Shown: positions 27,274-36,722 of the stretch, piece after piece
Layout of the letters: every line of letters begins with the position of its first letter
Position numbering within the stretch: position 1 is the first letter of the stretch
NCBI GenBank assembly: GCA_034670305.1
Contig: JAXMNT010000006.1
Coordinates: 64,001 to 128,000, forward strand
Direction of reading: 5' to 3'
Source: Deltaproteobacteria bacterium
GTDB lineage: Bacteria > Myxococcota_A > Polyangia > Polyangiales > Houyiibacteriaceae
DNA length: 64,000 nucleotides
The notes under the pieces: model-generated
What the model was told of the DNA's origin: nothing
Databases searched by the model: none
What the model saw: the letters and a program-made list of their open reading frames with translations, nothing else
Translations under genes and position numbers: made by a program

Positions 27274-28140
27274 TCAGTCGGCGCAGCAGCGGAAGCCGAC
27301 CGCCGGGACCTGTCTGGTTCGCGGCCACGCCAACCTCGCGCCCATCGCGCAGCGGAGGCCGTGTTCGTTGTGTTCGAAGCTTCCGCCCCGAATGCGGCAG
27401 CCGTCTTCGGCTCCGTCGCCTTCGCAACTGTTGTCCCACTCGGCGGCGTTGCCACTCATGTCGTAGACCGCCGCGTAGCCGGCCTCCGGTGAGTGGCAGC
27501 CTTCGGAGCTGCCGACGTCGAGGTAGCCCCAGGTGGTGTGGTCCTCGGCGTCGGCGCCGCGGCAGATGGTCGTGTCGAGGTCGTTGCCGTACGGGTAGTC
27601 GTAGAGGCCGCCCGAAGTGCATGCCGCCTGCCACTCGCTGACCGCTGCATCCGCGTAGGACTCGAACGGGTACTCGGCGCCGTCGCCTACGCCGCCGCAG
27701 AGGCGTTTGCCCGCCGCTTCGCAGAATGCGTTCGCGTCGCACCAGTCGACACACACCACCGGGTACGCCGGGTCCGCGCCGCCGGGCGGCCACTGGCAAC
27801 TGGGCGTGAAGTCGTCGTTCGCCGCGCAGGCGCCGGTCTGGCCCGAGGCGTCGGGCGTCGTCTCGAGCCACGCTTCGTACTGCGCGCGGCTCACCTCGGT
27901 CGTGTCGATGCAGAAACCTTCCGGCATCCGCGCCATCTCGGGTCCGAGGCCGCCCTCGCTCATGCCCGCCGGACATCCGTCGGCGCCGAGTTCGGTCACG
28001 CGGTGGGTGTCGGGATCGGGCCGCAGTTCGTCTGTTTCGGAGGTCTCCGGTTTGAACAAGACATGCAGTACGAGCGCGGCGACCGGAATCAGCGCGAAGC
28101 CCATCAGCAACTGTTTGTGTGATGTACGCATCTTGTTCAC
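27274..28140 (-). CDS. Formylglycine-generating-enzyme (SUMF1/CLec) domain protein, membrane anchored
   Basis: IDTTEVS, PVVCVDW, GKRLC, YPYG, DMSGNAAEW, RGGSF and GFRCC motifs. GTGA overlap with the upstream stop. Confidence 0.85.
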   Translation of the reverse strand: MNKMRTSHKQLLMGFALIPVAALVLHVLFKPETSETDELRPDPDTHRVTELGADGCPAGMSEGGLGPEMARMPEGFCIDTTEVSRAQYEAWLETTPDASGQTGACAANDDFTPSCQWPPGGADPAYPVVCVDWCDANAFCEAAGKRLCGGVGDGAEYPFESYADAAVSEWQAACTSGGLYDYPYGNDLDTTICRGADAEDHTTWGYLDVGSSEGCHSPEAGYAAVYDMSGNAAEWDNSCEGDGAEDGCRIRGGSFEHNEHGLRCAMGARLAWPRTRQVPAVGFRCCAD

Positions 28141-29678
28141 CAGAACACCGGTGAGGAGTTTCGGTAGGGCGCGTCGTCGGCCATCGGGAAGTGCATCTCG
28201 ACGTCGTCCTCGGCGGGGAACCCTTCGGTTCGGTTGAGAATGTTCCCGCTCGCGGTCCCTGCGACGTGCCGCAACTTGTAGTGCTCCCGCTGGGTGCGGT
28301 TGATGCGGTTGTCTTCGAGCCGCGTGCACGCGATGAGGTAGCCGAGGATGATGCCCTCGTTCAGCGTGTTGTTCGACACGTAGTAACGCATGTTGTGCGC
28401 CATGTGGATGCCGGCGTCGTAGAGCGTGTTGCCCGCGATGTAGTTGCCGATCGGGTTCTCTCGAATGGGTCCATCGCGCCGGGTGTACCCGAGGATGCCC
28501 CAGCGTCCGTTCACCGTCCCCATCGACATTCGAATCGAGTTGTTGAGGATGACGTTGTCCGTCTCTTTCCAGATGATGATCGGTCCATCGACCTGTCGTT
28601 CCAGGTCACAGGGAAGCGCCGGGTCGTACTCGCCCGCTTCGTTCACCTGACACTGCGTCATGGTGTTCTCTTCGATCCAGGTGTTGCGCCCGGACGACGT
28701 CACGATGTCGCCGCCCGCGTTGTGATGGAAGTTGTTCTGGAAGATGTGGATGTCTTGGTCGGTGCGGCCGGCGCCTTCGATGTCGACGCCGAACTGAGGC
28801 GAGGTGCCTTCGATGTGGTGGATGTGGTTGTTCGCGATGACCACGTTGTGCCCGCCGACCACGGAGACGCCCTGACGCCGGTTGTGATGGATCTCGTTGT
28901 TCCGAATCGTGATGTGGGTGCTCGGCACGCTCGGTTCTTCGTCGCCGCCTCGGCTGCCGACAATCAACACACCGTCGCCGGTGAGCTCGTGCATCTCGAC
29001 GTCTTCGATGAGAATGTGGTTGGCCGAGGTCCACACGCACACGCCGTGTCCTTCGTCGTGCGCGGTGTCGCCCGCGAACACGTGCGTCTCTCGGTCACCG
29101 CGGATCTCGCCGCCGCGGATCGTGATGTTGTCGTTGCTCTGCACGCTGATGACGCAGTAGTTGTGCCGGTCGTTGGTGGCCATCTGGATGACCGCGCCGT
29201 CGGAGAGTTCCAGCGTCATGTCGCCGACCAGCTCGATGCCGCCCGCGTAGATGTCGTTGGTCGGCTCGCCCAGGTGGTAGGTGCCGGGCGGGACCACGAT
29301 CTTGTCGAAGCCGTTGTCCGTCGCCCAAACGATGGCTTCGTTCATCCGGTCGCGGGTCTCGACCGGGTCGCCCGAGTCGTTGTCGATCATCCAGCGCTCG
29401 AGCTCGATGACGTACTCGTTCGTATGCTCCGGCGGCAACTCCGCGGTCGGCCGTTCGCCAGGCTCCCAAGCGCACTCGCCTTCGCCCGGGATCGGGATCA
29501 CACCGCTCGCATCGCTGCGCGTGGCATCTGCGGGGGTCGCTCCGTCGATGGGGCGTCCGCCTCCGTCGGTTCCGCCGTCGCCGCCATCGCAGTCGCAGGC
29601 GACGAGCATCGAGCAGAGCGCGACGTGCAAGCAGAGCGCACGAAGTCGGGTGTCTGCCGGTCTTGAGTCTCGGTACAT
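28137..29678 (-). CDS. Right-handed parallel beta-helix lipoprotein (pectate-lyase-like fold)
   Basis: Lipobox LVAC, IVVPPGTY, and repeats such as ITIRNNEIHHNRRQGVSV and VVIANNHIHH. Start uncertain (29678 or 29723). Confidence 0.8.
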   Translation of the reverse strand: MYRDSRPADTRLRALCLHVALCSMLVACDCDGGDGGTDGGGRPIDGATPADATRSDASGVIPIPGEGECAWEPGERPTAELPPEHTNEYVIELERWMIDNDSGDPVETRDRMNEAIVWATDNGFDKIVVPPGTYHLGEPTNDIYAGGIELVGDMTLELSDGAVIQMATNDRHNYCVISVQSNDNITIRGGEIRGDRETHVFAGDTAHDEGHGVCVWTSANHILIEDVEMHELTGDGVLIVGSRGGDEEPSVPSTHITIRNNEIHHNRRQGVSVVGGHNVVIANNHIHHIEGTSPQFGVDIEGAGRTDQDIHIFQNNFHHNAGGDIVTSSGRNTWIEENTMTQCQVNEAGEYDPALPCDLERQVDGPIIIWKETDNVILNNSIRMSMGTVNGRWGILGYTRRDGPIRENPIGNYIAGNTLYDAGIHMAHNMRYYVSNNTLNEGIILGYLIACTRLEDNRINRTQREHYKLRHVAGTASGNILNRTEGFPAEDDVEMHFPMADDAPYRNSSPVFW

Positions 29679-29870
29679 GAAGGCCTTCGTACACCGTCGG
29701 AAACGGACGGCGTGGGTGCCCATGCTAAGCGATGACAGCGCTCGAACCGCCGCGGGAATCGCACATCGTCCAGTTCACCCTCGGTGCCCGGTTGGCGAAG
29801 CGGCAGGGACGTGCTTTGTCGGCGAAGCGGCAATCGGACGGCGGCTGCGGTCTCGTTGTAGTCTGGAGGG

Positions 29871-30536
29871 ATGCGGGGACTGCTGAGTGTGTGTTTGGTC
29901 GGTGCGTTGTTCTCGGTCGCCCACGCGGATGTGGTCATGCCACCGCCGGACTGTCCGATCGCCGGCACCGTGCCGGGCAGCACCGCGGGCCAGTCGCACG
30001 GCTCGAGGCAGTTCTGCGCCCCGAGTCTCTGCCCGCCCGACGGCTGCGGCGACGGCTTCGAATGCGTCGAGCGCGCGTTCCTCATCGAAGCGGTCGAATC
30101 CACCGAGCGTCCACGAGCGGATCGCGGAGCCGTCGGCGCGCTTGGCTCGCCAGTGCAGCGCTACGCGAAGGTCGTGCAGCGCTGCGACGACCCGGACGAG
30201 AGCCCGTACGAGTACGACGGCGTCGAGGGCATGATCCTGTTCGGAACGTCGGTGCAGGCGGCCGGCGGGGAAGGGTGCCGCGCCATGCGCGTGTGTGCGC
30301 CGGCCGGCACCAACGCCGAACCGACACCCGAACCGGAGGCGCCGGAGCCCGAGGTTGAAACCCGAGCGGGAGGTGTGGTCGTTCCTGGTGCGAGCATCGG
30401 CGCACCGGGCGCGGAGACCACCCGCACGCCGCCGACCGCCGAGGTCGAAGGCTGCGCCGGCTGCGCGTCGACGCGCCCCACCGGCGGGTTGTTCTGGGTG
30501 TTCGCGGCGTTGCTGTGGGCCGTCCGCCGCCGCTGA
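29871..30536 (+). CDS. Secreted Cys-containing protein with a MYXO-CTERM-like tail
   Basis: Signal peptide ending AHA-D. C-terminus GCAGCAS...LFWVFAALLWAVRRR. Confidence 0.75.
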   Translation: MRGLLSVCLVGALFSVAHADVVMPPPDCPIAGTVPGSTAGQSHGSRQFCAPSLCPPDGCGDGFECVERAFLIEAVESTERPRADRGAVGALGSPVQRYAKVVQRCDDPDESPYEYDGVEGMILFGTSVQAAGGEGCRAMRVCAPAGTNAEPTPEPEAPEPEVETRAGGVVVPGASIGAPGAETTRTPPTAEVEGCAGCASTRPTGGLFWVFAALLWAVRRR

Positions 30537-30570
30537 GCTGCCGCGGTTGGTTGGGATGCTCAGTCCGTGA

Positions 30571-31884
30571 TCACGGCTCCCGCGTGAACAGGCAGCGCGT
30601 ACCATCTTGGTCGCGCACGCCGAACACCGCGTTCGAGAGGTACGGTGGCTCTTCGTAGTCGTCGTCGTACCCGCCGTCGTCCTCGTCCTCGTCCTCGTCG
30701 CCTTCGTCTTCTTCCGCACCCGGTGGAACCGGACACATCGGCAGGTAGCGGCCTGGCTCGCCTGGCGCGTCGAAGACCACCGGGGTCCCGAGCAGGACGG
30801 CGTAGCCAGCGATGCGGCCGTTCTCGACGATGGCTTCAAGCGACGGCGCGGCGCCGTGCGGATCGCCGTGGGGCCGCTGGGACACCGCCACCGGTTCACC
30901 GATTCGGGCGCCGCTCCGCGCGTCGTGAATCGAGAAGTAGTGCGTCCATCCGTCCACCGTGAAGTGCACGAGCAGCCGCCGGCCCAGGCGAGTCACGACG
31001 CCCTGGAAGAATCCTTGCTCGTCCAGGTCCCCGCGCTCCGCCAGCTCGAACGCCAGCGTGCGCCGCCGCCCTTGCTGCAGCAGCACGCGGGTGATCGCGC
31101 CCTCTTCGAGTTCGGCCGCTTCGATGCGCAGCTGCGGGTTGTCGAGCCGCTCTGCCCACCCGGCCCGCCACCGCGGTCGGTCGGGGCTCGGCTCGTAGCG
31201 CACCGGATCGACACGCCATCCGCCGGGCGTGTCCGCTCCGGGAATCGCCGCGAGCGCTTCGGCTGCGCCGAACACCATGCAACCGACATCCATGTCCTCT
31301 TGGTCGATCGCCGGGTCCGGCACGACTTCCACGTCACAGTCCCACGTGTGCCGAAGCTCCGCCGTGTCGTCGAGGCTCCCGTCGCCTTCCTGCACGAGCG
31401 GCACCCGCCAGCGAAGCGCGCCTTCGAACATCGGCACGACTTGCGGCTGGCCGCGAATCGCCACCACGTAGTGCGGCCACCGGTCCCCGATGAGCGCCGG
31501 CATCAAACGCGCTTCCACGCCGGGCGGCGCGGGGTCCGCCGTCAGCCGTCCGACCACGAACACCCCGTGGTCGTACCGGGTGATCACCGTGGCCTCGTCC
31601 GGCGAGGTCCAGGTCCGCAGCCCGTGGCCGAGCCGCTCCCGCCAGCTCGGGCGCATCTCGACCGCCGCCGCGAGGACCTCGGTCTCGAGCCGCAACGTTG
31701 CGATCCAGGCCTGAAGTGGGTCGGTCTCGGGCGCCGCGGTTCCTGGCGCGACCTGCGGCTCAGCGACTTCCAGTTCAGCAGTTTCCGCCTCGGTGACTGC
31801 CGTCTCGGCGGCCCCGGGGGAAACCACGGTTGCGGACGCAGACGCGCCACACCCGATCACAAGAAGCACCCACATTCCGCGCAT
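30571..31884 (-). CDS. Hypothetical lipoprotein
   Basis: MRGMWVLLVIGC lipobox; GC3-rich 437-aa ORF. Confidence 0.7.
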   Translation of the reverse strand: MRGMWVLLVIGCGASASATVVSPGAAETAVTEAETAELEVAEPQVAPGTAAPETDPLQAWIATLRLETEVLAAAVEMRPSWRERLGHGLRTWTSPDEATVITRYDHGVFVVGRLTADPAPPGVEARLMPALIGDRWPHYVVAIRGQPQVVPMFEGALRWRVPLVQEGDGSLDDTAELRHTWDCDVEVVPDPAIDQEDMDVGCMVFGAAEALAAIPGADTPGGWRVDPVRYEPSPDRPRWRAGWAERLDNPQLRIEAAELEEGAITRVLLQQGRRRTLAFELAERGDLDEQGFFQGVVTRLGRRLLVHFTVDGWTHYFSIHDARSGARIGEPVAVSQRPHGDPHGAAPSLEAIVENGRIAGYAVLLGTPVVFDAPGEPGRYLPMCPVPPGAEEDEGDEDEDEDDGGYDDDYEEPPYLSNAVFGVRDQDGTRCLFTREP

Positions 31885-31947
31885 CGCCGGAGTCTACGCG
31901 CGAACCCGCGGGCGTTGAACTCCGCGCCTGCGTTGTTACCCTCCCTC

Positions 31948-32607
31948 GTGGAAAGCGGAACCGGTTGGAAGGGAAGCGTGTTCGTACTCGGCGTGCTCGC
32001 GTGTTCCCCTGCAGTGAGACCGGCCGAGGTCGCGTCGCCGGAGTCGTCGTCGTCGGCGCCCGAAGTTCCTCCGCAAGCCGAGCCTGAAACTGCGTTCCTC
32101 TACATCGGATCCCACGTCGAGATGGCGGTCCGCGATGGCCAAGCCTCCGCCATCCAGTTTCGCGTCTCACCCTCCGACCAACCCGTCTATCCAGGAGAGG
32201 TCTCGCTCGAAGACTTCGAGCCCTTCGATGTGCGCGGCTCCGGACGCATCGAACTCCCAGACGGTCGGTGGCTCGTGCAGCTCGGCCTGCCGATGGGCAT
32301 CGACGTCGCTTCAAGCACCGACGAAGACTGGGAAGGCATCCCAGACGCCTGCGGACCGGAGATGGCCTGCGAGGCCGCCGCCATCGTGCTCTACGACCCC
32401 ACGGGCGACGACGCGCGCATCGTCCACGGCGACGAAACGCAAGTCGAACACGACAACTGGGACGTGCTCGGCACCTTCCAAGACGGATCCGAACTCGGCC
32501 TCGTCGCCGGCCACTACATCCTCGGCAACGACGAGATCATCGTCACCCGCATCCGAGCCAACGAACTGCTGAGACAACAGATCCACCACTACGTCTCCGG
32601 CGGCTGA
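31948..32607 (+). CDS. Hypothetical lipoprotein
   Basis: VFVLGVLAC lipobox followed by an acidic globular region. Start uncertain (GTG 31948 or 31978). Confidence 0.6.
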   Translation: MESGTGWKGSVFVLGVLACSPAVRPAEVASPESSSSAPEVPPQAEPETAFLYIGSHVEMAVRDGQASAIQFRVSPSDQPVYPGEVSLEDFEPFDVRGSGRIELPDGRWLVQLGLPMGIDVASSTDEDWEGIPDACGPEMACEAAAIVLYDPTGDDARIVHGDETQVEHDNWDVLGTFQDGSELGLVAGHYILGNDEIIVTRIRANELLRQQIHHYVSGG

Positions 32608-32767
32608 CCCATGACACGGCCCAACTGACGTGATTCGAAGACGACTGGCTCGCCGTCGATGAGTTGGGACAGTGCATGTGCACCTCGTCGGGGAAAAAAG
32701 GTCAGACGTGGGAAGAACAGGCAGCGCTGGAGTTGCCAATGCTCGCATGTTGAGCCAGTACAGCGAC

Positions 32768-33559
32768 ATGAAACGGGCGACTTGTGGTTTCTTGGCTTTG
32801 GTTGCGCTTGGTGGATGTGCTTCCGCTTCTATGAGGAACATCAGCGCGGGTCATATTGGGTGTCGCGCCTCGGAGATCCAGATTGAGAGCAAGCGAAGAG
32901 GCTGGGCCACCTCGACATGGGTCGCGGTTTGCCGAGGGCAGCGTTTTCAATGTTCTGGGAGCTCGAGCAACACGCAGTGTGCGCCGGTGGGCGGAACCGT
33001 GGCGAGCGGACACGCCAGCACTCCGCAACCGGCTCCTGCGCCTCAACCTGCAGCCCAACCCGCGAACGTCACGCGGCCATCCGATGCGATCACTCGGGAG
33101 GTCGTGGGGGGAGATCCCACACTGATCGCGAGGATGTCGTTCGGCGACATTCGACTTGGTTTGGGAGTTCGCCCGCTGTCTCATCCGGAGACGGTTTGGC
33201 TAAGAGCGACGAACGGAAGCGCGCCACCGACTGGATGCCGTTTGCAGTTGATGGTCGATGGCACGCTGGTCGGTGTCGGAGCCATCAGCGTCGAGGGGCT
33301 GGAAGTCGTGGCGACTGCCGAGGCGGCACGGGTCGCTCGAATCGCGGACGCGAACCGGGTGGTCGGGCGCTACTGCGGGCAAGAGTTTCGATTTACGGAT
33401 CACCATCGAGCCATCGTCGCGGAGCTTCGGGTACGGTTCACCGAGGAACGATCCTTTGCGGAGAGTCAGACCGCGGAGACGCCCACGCAACCGCCACAGC
33501 AACCACAGCAAGACGGAGCCGCAGCTGCGGCCGAGGTCGAGAGCGCGGCGCCGAACTGA
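32768..33559 (+). CDS. Hypothetical lipoprotein with atypical codon usage
   Basis: MKRATCGFLALVALGGC lipobox, small Cys domain and Pro/Gln linkers. Visibly more A/T at third codon positions than its neighbours. Confidence 0.7.
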   Translation: MKRATCGFLALVALGGCASASMRNISAGHIGCRASEIQIESKRRGWATSTWVAVCRGQRFQCSGSSSNTQCAPVGGTVASGHASTPQPAPAPQPAAQPANVTRPSDAITREVVGGDPTLIARMSFGDIRLGLGVRPLSHPETVWLRATNGSAPPTGCRLQLMVDGTLVGVGAISVEGLEVVATAEAARVARIADANRVVGRYCGQEFRFTDHHRAIVAELRVRFTEERSFAESQTAETPTQPPQQPQQDGAAAAAEVESAAPN

Positions 33560-33660
33560 AGCCAGACACCCACGAGAACCGACGGCCGAGGCGTTTCTTC
33601 GCCAACGCCAGAGCAACGTGGGCGGGACCCCTCACCGGCATTTGTTAGGCTGAAGAGCCG

Positions 33661-34314
33661 GTGTTCATTCAGGTCACAACCAGACACTTTTCCTTGGGGG
33701 CACAGCCCCCAAACCCCGTCCCGGTGACACCGCTGGCTCGCTTCGCGAGGCTGCACGCTGTCGAGTATTTCGGGGCCGTTCTTGTGGGGAGCGTGTTGGT
33801 CTGCGGCGGCGTCGCGGGGTGTGCGTCGTGGGAAGCCGACCCGCGGGTGACCGCTGAAGTCTGCGAGTACGGCGAGCGCACCAGAATGGACCTCCGGCCC
33901 ACACCGGGGTTCGAAGGGTGCCGCGACGACTCGGAGTGCACCGAAGGCGTCGAGGGCCGCTGCACCAAGGTCGCGCTCAACCGGGGCGTCTGCACCTACC
34001 ACGACTGCCGCACGAACGAGGACTGCGCGGCGAACGAGCGCTGCGTCTGCGCCGCGGATCCCGACGGCCGCAACCGCTGCCTCGCGGACGACTGCGACTG
34101 CCCCGACAGCGACTGCGCGGTGGTCGTCGGATGCGGCAGTGGTGCGGGCGGCGTGCCAGTCGCCGAAGGCCTCGAGTGCCGGTCGCGCCGCGACCGCTGC
34201 ACCCACGACGACGAATGCGCCGAAGGCGAGTTCTGCACCCCGTACGAAGACGACACCCGGGACCGCGCCCGATGTTTTCGGTGCGAACGCGTCCAGTGCA
34301 ACGACTACCTTTAG
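33661..34314 (+). CDS. Cys-rich putative lipoprotein; 5' region contains an in-frame repeat element
   Basis: VAGC lipobox and C..D..C repeats. The true start could lie downstream of the repeat. Confidence 0.6.
   Translation: MFIQVTTRHFSLGAQPPNPVPVTPLARFARLHAVEYFGAVLVGSVLVCGGVAGCASWEADPRVTAEVCEYGERTRMDLRPTPGFEGCRDDSECTEGVEGRCTKVALNRGVCTYHDCRTNEDCAANERCVCAADPDGRNRCLADDCDCPDSDCAVVVGCGSGAGGVPVAEGLECRSRRDRCTHDDECAEGEFCTPYEDDTRDRARCFRCERVQCNDYL
33693..33765 (+). repeat. Triple-hairpin dispersed element, copy 2
   Basis: TTGGGGGC-ACA-GCCCCCAA, CGGTG-A-CACCG and CTCGC-TTC-GCGAG stems; matches 14355 and 45215. Confidence 0.9.
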
Positions 34315-34342
34315 ACATGGCACAACGGGATCCCGACCCCGT

Positions 34343-34354
34343 GAGCACCTGGGA
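34343..34354. repeat. Isolated core of the transposase-associated repeat (GAGCACCTGGGA)
   Basis: 12-bp exact match to the motif at 46587 and to the reverse complement of the 44257-44842 copies. Lies between convergent genes. Confidence 0.55.
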
Positions 34355-34380
34355 GCTTTCGGAACGTCGAGGCAGCACGT

Positions 34381-34856
34381 CTACGGACGGGCGGTTGTCG
34401 ACTCCGGTCGCAGGACGGACCGCCAAGCGGCGGCGCTGGTCAGGGCGGCGCCCGCGAACAGGAGCAGCACGGGCCAGCCGGGGGAGCGGCTTCGCGAGCT
34501 CGGCGTCGGCGTCGAGAGATCCGCGAACGATGCGCGCTTCGTGCAGGGTGCGCTCGGCGCGAACGGTGTCGCGAGGGGGTGTGCTTCGACCGAGGCGGTT
34601 CCACGAAAGCCGTTCTCTTCCTTGAGGACGACGTGTCCGTCCGCGCTGCCGCGCACGATTCGAAAGACGTTGTTCTGACCCCCGCGCACGCTCCACGCGT
34701 CGATGTGGGCATCGACGGACTCGGCGTCGTCGGGCAGCCCTTCCACCACGAACGTCGCCTGCGTCGCGTGGCGGCCGAGCTGGACGGATGCGGCGCCGAG
34801 GCGGGCGCGTGCCCCAGCGCTCTGCAGCTCGATGCCTTCCCGCAGCGCGTCGACCA
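34381..34856 (-). pseudogene. 3' half of a secreted, C-terminally anchored protein disrupted by an inversion
   Basis: VDALREGIEL...PVLLLFAGAALTSAAAWR. Joins in frame to 35134-35376(+) when 34857-35374 is flipped. Confidence 0.7.
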
Positions 34857-34858
34857 CG

Positions 34859-35137
34859 CCCGTGCTCGATGCGTTTGGCATCACGGACGTCGCGTGCGCG
34901 GACATCCCGCAGCAGTCGAGCGGGCTCGTCGGATTCGCCAAGGATGGCTACCCCATCTACGCACCGCTCGAAGACGGCTCGGTGCCCACCGGTCTCGACG
35001 CCTGCAACGGCACGTTCGGAGTCACCGCCGAGTACCCGGACGGCGTGTACCACTACTACGCGCTGAACGAGACCGCGCCGAACCTACCGACCTGCATCTC
35101 CGGCGCATCGGTCCGCAACCCGATGAGCGTGGAGTGA
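34859..35137 (+). pseudogene. 3' part of a YHYH-domain protein, inside the inverted segment
   Basis: LVGFAKDGYPIY...LDACNG...YHYY, the typical second half of the YHYH domain. Confidence 0.75.
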
Positions 35138-35376
35138 AGGCACGCGCCATCACGGGACTCGTCGTGTTGCTGCTCTTGGGGAGCGCACTTAGCGCACGGG
35201 CGCACGTGCCGAACATCGCGACGTTCCTCCTGGTGCATGAGCGCAGCGAGGCGGGCGGTGAAGGATGGCGGCTTCAGGTGCACCTCTCGACCGACGGCAT
35301 GCATCAAGCGCTCAGGCTGCGACACCCGGACGAGTCCCTGTCCACGCTCGATGTGCCGACTTACGAGCGCCGACTG
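35134..35376 (+). pseudogene. 5' half (signal peptide, ARA-H) of the gene completed at 34381-34856
   Basis: GTGA overlap with the YHYH stop. VKARAITGLVVLLLLGSALSARAH...TYERRL. Confidence 0.7.
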
Positions 35377-35592
35377 GGTGTTGGTCGGCGTGAAGTGCCA
35401 GTGCCAGTAGCCGGCCGGGTCCGCGTGTCCACCGCATGGATCGAGCGAGGGGATGCCGCCGCCGCTTGCCCCGGGGATCGGAGGCCCGTCGACCACCGAA
35501 GGCGGGTGGCCCGTGAGCGGCATGCCGTCCTCGACCGCGACCCCGTAGAGCTCCACGACGTCGATCTCGTTCGGCGTGTCGAGTCTCCCACC
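35374..35592 (-). pseudogene. Middle part of the YHYH-domain protein, 5'-truncated
   Basis: GVAVEDGMP...LDPCGGHADPAGYWHWHF. No signal peptide; begins right after the upstream stop codon. Confidence 0.7.
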
Positions 35593-36621
35593 TCAGTCGG
35601 AAGCGGCCGGCGGTGCCGGGCTCAACCAGACGTCCGTCGCGGGGTCGTACCGCCAGGTCGCGTCGCCGCTCGCGTCGACCGGGTCGATTTCGTACGTGTT
35701 CGGGTCGTCGCTCGCGCCACCGCTCGTGTGCACGACCAGATCCCGGTGACCGTCTCCGTCCACATCGCGCGGCTGCACGCGCCGCTGGATCTCCGTGTCG
35801 GGCATCTGGTGTCCGCCGCTGTCTTCCGCGCGCACGACCTGCGCTTGCATCACCAGCGAGTCCGCGTCGAGAAACCACTGCCGGTGCCGGGTGTCCATCC
35901 AGTCGGCGCCTCCGTCCATGGTGTCGAGCCTCAGCGCGAGCTCCCGCCGCCCGTCGTCGTCGAGGTCCTGCAGGTGCCGGATGCGGATGCGTTGCAACCC
36001 GCTGGTGTGCGTCTCACTCGCCCGATCGAACGTCGGCGTGGCCGCGCCCGCGGGCTGACTGAAGCGGAGCACGTGGACGTTCACCTGGCTGGGATCCCCG
36101 AGGATGGATTCGCTCAGATCGTCGCACGCCCACTCCGTCTCACAGCCCTCCATGGCGCGTTCGTGCCGTGCCAGCAGCGCCCGCACCGCGTCGTCGCCAC
36201 CCGCCGCCCGCGTCGCCGCAAACTTCGCAGCCCATCCGTCGAGTGCCACCACCACCAACGTCACCCGCCCCGAATCGCCAGCGAGGGTCGCCACCCGCAC
36301 GATCGCGCGGTGCCTGTCGGGCTCCGGCTCCCGCTCGAGCCCCGTCCGGTAAGGCAGCCGCGCGGCGACCAGCGCCGCGAGTGCGTCATCCAGCGGCGCC
36401 GAAGTCGACTCCACTTCGAGCGCGCCGGTGGCCGACACCAACACCCCGGTGTCGTCTGGCGCGCCGCCTTCGGGCGCCGTCTCCGGTGCGGCCGCGGGCG
36501 CGACCTCAGGCACGGGCGCAGCCTCCGGCGCGACAGCCTCCACGGGCGCCGGCTCGGCCGGCTCGTTCTCCCCCGAACACCCCAATCCAACCCACACCGC
36601 AAACATCCAAACGCGCCGCAT
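35593..36621 (-). CDS. Hypothetical lipoprotein with DxDxDG Ca-binding-like motifs
   Basis: VGLGC lipobox; DLDDDGRREL and DVDGDGHRDL motifs. Confidence 0.75.
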   Translation of the reverse strand: MRRVWMFAVWVGLGCSGENEPAEPAPVEAVAPEAAPVPEVAPAAAPETAPEGGAPDDTGVLVSATGALEVESTSAPLDDALAALVAARLPYRTGLEREPEPDRHRAIVRVATLAGDSGRVTLVVVALDGWAAKFAATRAAGGDDAVRALLARHERAMEGCETEWACDDLSESILGDPSQVNVHVLRFSQPAGAATPTFDRASETHTSGLQRIRIRHLQDLDDDGRRELALRLDTMDGGADWMDTRHRQWFLDADSLVMQAQVVRAEDSGGHQMPDTEIQRRVQPRDVDGDGHRDLVVHTSGGASDDPNTYEIDPVDASGDATWRYDPATDVWLSPAPPAASD

Positions 36622-36722
36622 GGCGCAAGACTACCCCACGCCGTCGCGCATCTCGGTCGGTCACCGACGAACACGCGAAGGGCGTTCCTTCACCGTCGTG
36701 GCGTGGGAAGGTAGGCTCACCC

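Noticed and set aside
32618-33650. Integron attC sites flanking the atypical 32768-33559 gene (GCCCAAC..GTTGGGA; GCCGAAC..GTTAGGC)
   Set aside because: Inner stems are not placed symmetrically as L boxes and no integrase is present. An IntegronFinder run would settle it.
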